Shown here piece after piece: positions 58,668-64,000 of a stretch of DNA of 64,000 bases. A program made the translations under genes and the position numbers. The stretch's first letter is position 1; each line of letters begins with the position of its first letter. Source of the stretch: Candidatus Aenigmatarchaeota archaeon (GTDB taxonomy: Archaea; Aenigmatarchaeota; Aenigmatarchaeia; CG10238-14; SpSt-28); NCBI GenBank assembly GCA_038733315.1, contig JAVYPJ010000001.1, forward strand, positions 295,863-359,862, in the 5' to 3' direction. A model generated the notes under the pieces. That model was not told the DNA's origin, ran no database searches, and saw nothing but the letters and a program-made list of their open reading frames with translations.

Positions 58668-58771
58668 AATAGTTGCTGTTTAATCTCTTAAAGTCTATAT
58701 TGAAAGATTATTGACTCTCTATTATAGATTTGTTTGTAGTTTCTATAAATTTGTTCAAATGATTAAATTTT

Positions 58772-58972
58772 ATGAAGAAGATACGTAGCAATGAAGATAT
58801 AAGAGAAATAGGAATAGCATTAATAACGGCAGTTATGGTTGTAGCTATAATAGGAATAATGTTTACTAGGGATTATCTCAAAGTAGGAATATGTATTTTG
58901 GGTCTAATAGTAGTGGCATATATAGTTTATAAAATGGTATCTAAAATCTATAGTAGAATCCGCTCAACTTAG
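58772..58972 (+). CDS. Small 2-TM membrane protein
   Basis: Two hydrophobic helices, ATG start, upstream of the KaiC-like gene. Confidence 0.6.
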   Translation: MKKIRSNEDIREIGIALITAVMVVAIIGIMFTRDYLKVGICILGLIVVAYIVYKMVSKIYSRIRST

Positions 58973-59003
58973 ATTTTTATGCTGTTTATATAATAATATT
59001 TTT

Positions 59004-59693
59004 ATGATAGAGAGGATTCCAACGGGAATTCCAGGATTAGATGAATTAATCGAAGGGGGAATTCCTAAGGGATTTCAAATTTTGGTTGCTGGAGAAGCTG
59101 GTGCGGGAAAAACAATTTTTTCTTGTCAGTTTGCTTATAATAAAGCAAAGGAAGGGTTAAAAACATATTATATGACTATAGAAGAGAGTGAAAAGAGTAT
59201 AATAAAAGGTATGTCAAGATTCACATGGGGTAAAGAGTTCGAGGATTTTGTTAAATCCGAACATATTATAATCGAAAGAACTATTCCACTAAGTATAGAG
59301 GATATAACAAGAAAAGTCTTAAGCGCGTATGATAAATACAAGTTTAAAATATTTATTTTAGATACTTTAACAGCTGCGGCAATGGGTTGGAAGGAATTAC
59401 AAGATTTACCCAAGCTAAGAAGAAACATTTTTAGTTTGATAGATATATTAAGGCAGTATGAAATAACATCATTAATGTTAAGTGAAATAGAAGAGGGAAG
59501 GCTTTATAAATATGGGTTTGAAGGCTATCTAATGGACGGTGTAATAGTTCTAAGATATCTAGAATTTATAAGTACTGGAATACCCAGAGCGCTGCAAATT
59601 CTAAAAATGAGAGGTACAAAACATATAGAACAGGTTTGTCCAATCGAAATAGATAATAGTGGCATAAAAATAACAAAACCCGGCTTGGTTTAA
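59004..59693 (+). CDS. Single-domain KaiC-like (RecA-superfamily) ATPase
   Basis: RIPTGIPGLDELIEGG, GEAGAGKT, IEE, ILDTL, DGVIVL, ILKMRGTKH. Confidence 0.92.
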   Translation: MIERIPTGIPGLDELIEGGIPKGFQILVAGEAGAGKTIFSCQFAYNKAKEGLKTYYMTIEESEKSIIKGMSRFTWGKEFEDFVKSEHIIIERTIPLSIEDITRKVLSAYDKYKFKIFILDTLTAAAMGWKELQDLPKLRRNIFSLIDILRQYEITSLMLSEIEEGRLYKYGFEGYLMDGVIVLRYLEFISTGIPRALQILKMRGTKHIEQVCPIEIDNSGIKITKPGLV

Positions 59694-59748
59694 ATACAGA
59701 TTTAAATCAACTCGATTTTAAAATATTTAATATTTTTATTATAATTTA

Positions 59749-60342
59749 ATGAGTGAGAAAGAAAAAAATTTTTTATCCTCCTTTTTTTGCGAAAGCGATT
59801 CTCAGGAGATTAGAAATTTGTGCAAGAGTATAGTTCTTTCTAAAAGAGATAAGGAACCAATAGAAGCTATTTTTTTATGGGTTAGGGATAATATAGAGTA
59901 CACTATAGAGCCGAAGTTTGTTAGCGCTAAAGGTTATATAAGAAAAAAAACTAAAAAAGGTAATTGCTTTAATAAAAATAATCTTTTTATTGCATTATGC
60001 AGAAGTATCGGTATCCCTGCGAGATATGCTATAACTAAGTTAATTTTTACTATAAAAGACATCAATAAAAAATTTGTCATTCCGCATATGGTTGCTGAAA
60101 TATTTTATAACAATCGTTGGGAGATTTATGATACGAGTTTTGGTAAGAAATCGTCTGAATTTAGAACCAGATATATTAGTGTTTTTAGGGGTTTGAATGC
60201 TAGAGTACTTCTAAGATTCTGGAAAGTGAATATTTTTATACTAATTTTCATGTTTTTATTTTCTAAAATTTCTCCAAATATTAGAAGACTAAAACGTTAT
60301 TTAAAAATAGTTCCTGAAGTTAATATTACACTATCCGAATAA
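59749..60342 (+). CDS. Transglutaminase-like protein
   Basis: WVRDNIEY, GNCFNKNNLFIALCRSIGIPARY, PHMVAE, WEIYD (Cys-His-Asp triad). Confidence 0.88.
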   Translation: MSEKEKNFLSSFFCESDSQEIRNLCKSIVLSKRDKEPIEAIFLWVRDNIEYTIEPKFVSAKGYIRKKTKKGNCFNKNNLFIALCRSIGIPARYAITKLIFTIKDINKKFVIPHMVAEIFYNNRWEIYDTSFGKKSSEFRTRYISVFRGLNARVLLRFWKVNIFILIFMFLFSKISPNIRRLKRYLKIVPEVNITLSE

Positions 60343-61052
60343 TAGGTAGATTTACTATTTATGTTCGAAAAACCATACTTTTTTAGTAAATTTTCCACTT
60401 CTTCCCTAGTGTGTAGGTGGGTATTTAATCCTATCTTCATCGGTATATTTAGAAATAAAATAGAGGCAAAAATTATAGAATATTTAAATTTTTCTCTTAT
60501 TGTTTTTAAGTTTTCTATCAATTCCTTATGCATTTTTGAAATAAGATCCTTATCTAATTTTATTTCTCCATCTGGATAAACAAGGGCTATTTTTCCAGAA
60601 TTTTTAAGAACCCTTCTACTTTCTCTTATGAAGTTCTCTAGAGTTTGATCATCTAGATACATAATAAAATTTATTGCTGAAATGCCATCGAACATGTTAT
60701 CGTGATATGGTAGTTTTTCTCTGAAATAATATTTTATAACGTCTACTCTGTCTATACAATTATTCTTTTCTGCTTTTTTTCTTACCAATTCTAACCCTTT
60801 TTCTGATAAATCGAAACCGTAAAATTTAATATTATTCCTATTTTGACCAAGAGCGTAAATAATAAAATTCCCGCTTCCGCAACCGGCATCTAGAAAGTTT
60901 CCTGATGTAAATTTTTCAATTTTCAGAGCGTTATAAGTATCGCGTAGCATTTTTTCATATTCAGGGTGTTTAGACATAAAATCATAAAAAGGTAGATATA
61001 TATTCCAAAACAGTTGTTTGGTTAAATCTTTTATAGAAAAAACCTGTGTCAT
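60297..61052 (-). CDS. Class I SAM-dependent methyltransferase
   Basis: FLDAGCGSGN, GFDLS, LPYHDNMFD, RVLKNSG. Confidence 0.92.
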   Translation of the reverse strand: MTQVFSIKDLTKQLFWNIYLPFYDFMSKHPEYEKMLRDTYNALKIEKFTSGNFLDAGCGSGNFIIYALGQNRNNIKFYGFDLSEKGLELVRKKAEKNNCIDRVDVIKYYFREKLPYHDNMFDGISAINFIMYLDDQTLENFIRESRRVLKNSGKIALVYPDGEIKLDKDLISKMHKELIENLKTIREKFKYSIIFASILFLNIPMKIGLNTHLHTREEVENLLKKYGFSNINSKSTYYSDSVILTSGTIFK

Positions 61053-62566
61053 ATTTGGTATAGCTCTCTTTCTAATTGTCTTTTAATTTTTTCATACTGA
61101 TCAATTCTAATTGTGTTATGCGGTTTATGATGTGAAAGTGGATAAACTATATCTTTTAACACATTTGGGGGTAGTCTTTCTACCTCTATTGTTCTTAAGG
61201 ATTTGAACATTGGATTCATAAAATCGTATAATCTGTCTTCTATTTCTATAATTTCTTCATCGTTAACATTGTCTGGTAACAGAACTATAATTCTATCGTT
61301 TTTGTTATCATGGTTTTCAGCAACTTCAGGAATTACTATACAATAATCATATCCGAAATAATGTCTTAGAATCTCCTCTGCGATATCTAAATTGAAGGAA
61401 TACTCTCTCACCTTTACTGTTCTTTCATCGCTCTTTCTTCTGATATCATAAGAGAGTGTTGGAAAGGGTATTTTCATTTCTATGCCGTTATATATAGTTT
61501 CGGTTTCATAGCTTATTAATTTCGTAATATCACCCACAGGATAGTCTATTAGTGCGGTTCCTTCGAATGGGGCCGTTACTCTGATTTCTCCTTCTTCACC
61601 CTCGCTAACGTTATTCCCATATTTATCTACTACTCTAACATGTACAAATGTTTCTCTTACTACTAGGCCATCTGTCGGTGGAATACGTCTATTTTCGCTT
61701 GACATTACACCATTTGCTATAAAGGCGAATGGACATACCTCTTGCGCTCCATATAGATTAGCAAATATTCTGGCCCCAATGCTATGTGCTTCTTCTACAG
61801 ACTTTTTTGATGGTTTATAACCACCGACGCTGATAAGTTCTAATTTATTATATCTTAGACCATTTTCTGTCATAAATTTTGCTATATCATGAAGTATTGC
61901 TGGAGTAGTTTGTATGGCATCTACTTTATCGATAGTTTCTATAACATAGTCTGCTAATCTGCCCCCAATAGGTTCTCCATAACATAATAATCTTATGGGT
62001 ATTCCACGCTTGAGCGAGAACGCTGGAATGGAAACTGCTGGATATAGACCAGAACCAGAAGGCATTCCGTATAAATGTGCAAGATCGGCGATAGTAGGTG
62101 TTTCTATATCTTTAAAAACTGTCTTTATGCTTGGATATAAAATCTTATTAAAAAACTCTTCAATATCTCTCGCTGTATATGCAACAGTTTTTCGTTTAAA
62201 TATTTTTGGAAATTCTTTAAGGTCGTACCTCCCTCTAATCTTTTCTATTGAAGTATATCCTGATGAGGACTGAACCCATATTCTGTACTTAGGATCTACC
62301 ATGCTTAAATGTTGAGAAAAGTTCTTACCCATTAGATCATTTGGTTTTGGAGAAATTACCGATCCATATTTTTCTAGAAATCTATCTAATTTTTCAATGG
62401 TGTTTATTTGTTTAACTTCCCAAATATCTATATCGTTTTCCTTTAATTTTTTTCGATAAAATGGTATTTGAAGTGCATTTCTAGCTCTCTTCGCAATTTT
62501 ATTTCTCTCTCTTTCAATATATAATTTTCCTACTCCGTTATAAATTAGTTGTTTAATGTTTATCAT
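61049..62566 (-). CDS. PaaK/CapK-like adenylate-forming ligase
   Basis: IPFYRKKL, SSSGYT..KTVAYT, YGAQE, GEEGEIRVT, LIDYPVGD, RKSDE..VKVR. Confidence 0.8.
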   Translation of the reverse strand: MINIKQLIYNGVGKLYIERERNKIAKRARNALQIPFYRKKLKENDIDIWEVKQINTIEKLDRFLEKYGSVISPKPNDLMGKNFSQHLSMVDPKYRIWVQSSSGYTSIEKIRGRYDLKEFPKIFKRKTVAYTARDIEEFFNKILYPSIKTVFKDIETPTIADLAHLYGMPSGSGLYPAVSIPAFSLKRGIPIRLLCYGEPIGGRLADYVIETIDKVDAIQTTPAILHDIAKFMTENGLRYNKLELISVGGYKPSKKSVEEAHSIGARIFANLYGAQEVCPFAFIANGVMSSENRRIPPTDGLVVRETFVHVRVVDKYGNNVSEGEEGEIRVTAPFEGTALIDYPVGDITKLISYETETIYNGIEMKIPFPTLSYDIRRKSDERTVKVREYSFNLDIAEEILRHYFGYDYCIVIPEVAENHDNKNDRIIVLLPDNVNDEEIIEIEDRLYDFMNPMFKSLRTIEVERLPPNVLKDIVYPLSHHKPHNTIRIDQYEKIKRQLERELYQI

Positions 62567-62575
62567 ATTTTTAAA

Positions 62576-63130
62576 TTAAATAATAGCTACCTTAAATTCT
62601 TCGACTTCATCGCCTTTAGAGTGACATCTTATCTCTTCTACTATAACCTCTCTGTTAGTAAATAACTTTGCCCATACATATAAATTTACTTTATAGAGTA
62701 TACAAACTCTCGACTTACCATTGAAGACATTTTTAGAGAATTCTAAGATGGGAGAGTTTTTTATTATGACATCTAAGATAATATTTCCAGATTTTTCATC
62801 TCTAAAAACGTTCTTAATCTCGACCTTGCCTAGTCCGTATATATCCAGGAAAGATTCTAGATTTTTTAAAGGTTTTATATCTTGTAGGTCTTCAATGGTT
62901 GGAATATTAAATATTTTAAATACCTTTTCCATAGCAATTTTACAGGCTTCTAACAATATCTTTTCGGTCTTTTCTTCTCCTATTTCCTCAATAACTTTTT
63001 GATAAAGATACGCGAGAGAATCCGCTTCTACAAAGACAATGTTGTATTTACCCATTACTGATATTCTACCGTTTTCTATGCTTAGTGCTCCAGCAAGCAT
63101 CATTCTTTTGAAAAAATCTGATATTGCCAT
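62576..63130 (-). CDS. V4R (4-vinyl reductase)-domain ligand-binding protein
   Basis: ENGRI, YGLGKVEI, NSP, VC, EEIRCHSKGDEVEEF. Confidence 0.8.
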   Translation of the reverse strand: MAISDFFKRMMLAGALSIENGRISVMGKYNIVFVEADSLAYLYQKVIEEIGEEKTEKILLEACKIAMEKVFKIFNIPTIEDLQDIKPLKNLESFLDIYGLGKVEIKNVFRDEKSGNIILDVIIKNSPILEFSKNVFNGKSRVCILYKVNLYVWAKLFTNREVIVEEIRCHSKGDEVEEFKVAII

Positions 63131-63298
63131 CTTTCTATAAAAAATTATTATAGAGATTAATATATAAATACTTTTCTGTATGTGGTGAAAATTGTGATCA
63201 CGTTTTTTACTATTAACGAGGAATTATCATAATTTATATAGATTTCGACACATCGGGAATATTATTTTAAATAATAATTATATTATTACCTAATAATT

Positions 63299-64000
63299 AT
63301 GATAAAAGAAAATTATTTACATCCCTTTAAAGGTTTGAGAGATTTTCCTTCAGAAATTGAAATTTTGAGAAAAAATATTTTTCAAAAAATAGAAAGAATT
63401 TTTCAAAGATATGGTTTCGATCCAATAGAAACTCCGATAGTTGAAAAATGGGAAGTTTTAAAAGGAAAATATAGTGAAGATGTTGAGGATAAACTAATTT
63501 GGAGATTTAAGCTACCATATAGCGAAAAAGAATTTGGATTAAGATACGATTTGACAATTCCTTTAGCTAGATTTTATTCAAGGTTCAAGCCAAAGCTACC
63601 CTTTAAAAGGTATCAAATTGGAAGAGTTTTTAGGTATGAAGAGCCACAAAAAGGGAGATATAGAGAATTTTGGCAATGCGATTTCGATATTTTGGGTTCG
63701 AGAAGTTTTTTAGCTGATGTAGAGATTCTAAATGTTGTTATTGATGTTTTTAAAGAATTTAATTTTAAAGATTTTTTAATTAAAATTAACGATAGAAATT
63801 TATTAGCTTTTATTTTTGAAAAGAAAACAGGGATAGAAAAAGAAAAAATAATTAAAGTTTATAGAATTATTGACAAACTAGATAAAATAGGAAAAGAAAA
63901 TGTATTAAAAGAATTAGAGAGGGAATTAAACAAAAAACAATTAAATGAGATTGAAAAAATCATAGATATCTCTGAAATGCAAAACGAAGAAATTTTTATA
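63299..64000 (+). CDS. hisS: Histidine-tRNA ligase, partial (runs off window end)
   Basis: Not in ORF track. KGLRDF, YGFDPIETP, GLRYDLTIPLAR, KRYQIGRVFRYEEPQKGRYREFWQCDFD. Confidence 0.95.
   Translation, partial: MIKENYLHPFKGLRDFPSEIEILRKNIFQKIERIFQRYGFDPIETPIVEKWEVLKGKYSEDVEDKLIWRFKLPYSEKEFGLRYDLTIPLARFYSRFKPKLPFKRYQIGRVFRYEEPQKGRYREFWQCDFDILGSRSFLADVEILNVVIDVFKEFNFKDFLIKINDRNLLAFIFEKKTGIEKEKIIKVYRIIDKLDKIGKENVLKELERELNKKQLNEIEKIIDISEMQNEEIFI

Noticed and set aside
63242..63251. ATTTCGACAC complementary to part of the tRNA-Ser intron
   Set aside because: Only 10 nt and in an intergenic region; compatible with chance
58571..63298. Integrated mobile element at tRNA-Cys
   Set aside because: No integrase or transposase and no duplicated tRNA 3' end before hisS

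Overview
AT-rich, very gene-dense archaeal chromosome segment. Archaeal-type rpl18e/rpl13/rps9, rpl24, rpl23, aIF5A, aTrm56, class I CCA enzyme and PheRS, broken ribosomal operons and largely leaderless genes suggest a DPANN-like, possibly Aenigmarchaeota-like, organism (inference). 1-14.5 kb: a type IV pilus-like surface locus with a double-domain TadB/C platform, about 10 pilin-like proteins (one carrying a zinc metalloprotease, one a beta-propeller) and a 1271-aa Cys-rich repeat protein. Strikingly, none of these pilin-like N-termini has the Gly/Ala at the prepilin cleavage site. 14.5-58.5 kb: mostly housekeeping genes (translation, tRNA modification, glycolysis, glycosylation, pyrG), seven CCA-less tRNA genes (two with introns), an SRP RNA lacking helix 6 and carrying an extra Alu hairpin, and an unannotated 47-aa, 70% acidic micro-protein. 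58.6-63.1 kb, between tRNA-Cys and hisS: KaiC-like ATPase, transglutaminase-like protein, SAM methyltransferase, PaaK-like adenylating ligase and a V4R protein, a candidate small-molecule synthesis-and-sensing module. No CRISPR array, rRNA, integrase or transposase was seen. All protein calls are motif recognition by eye, without database searches.
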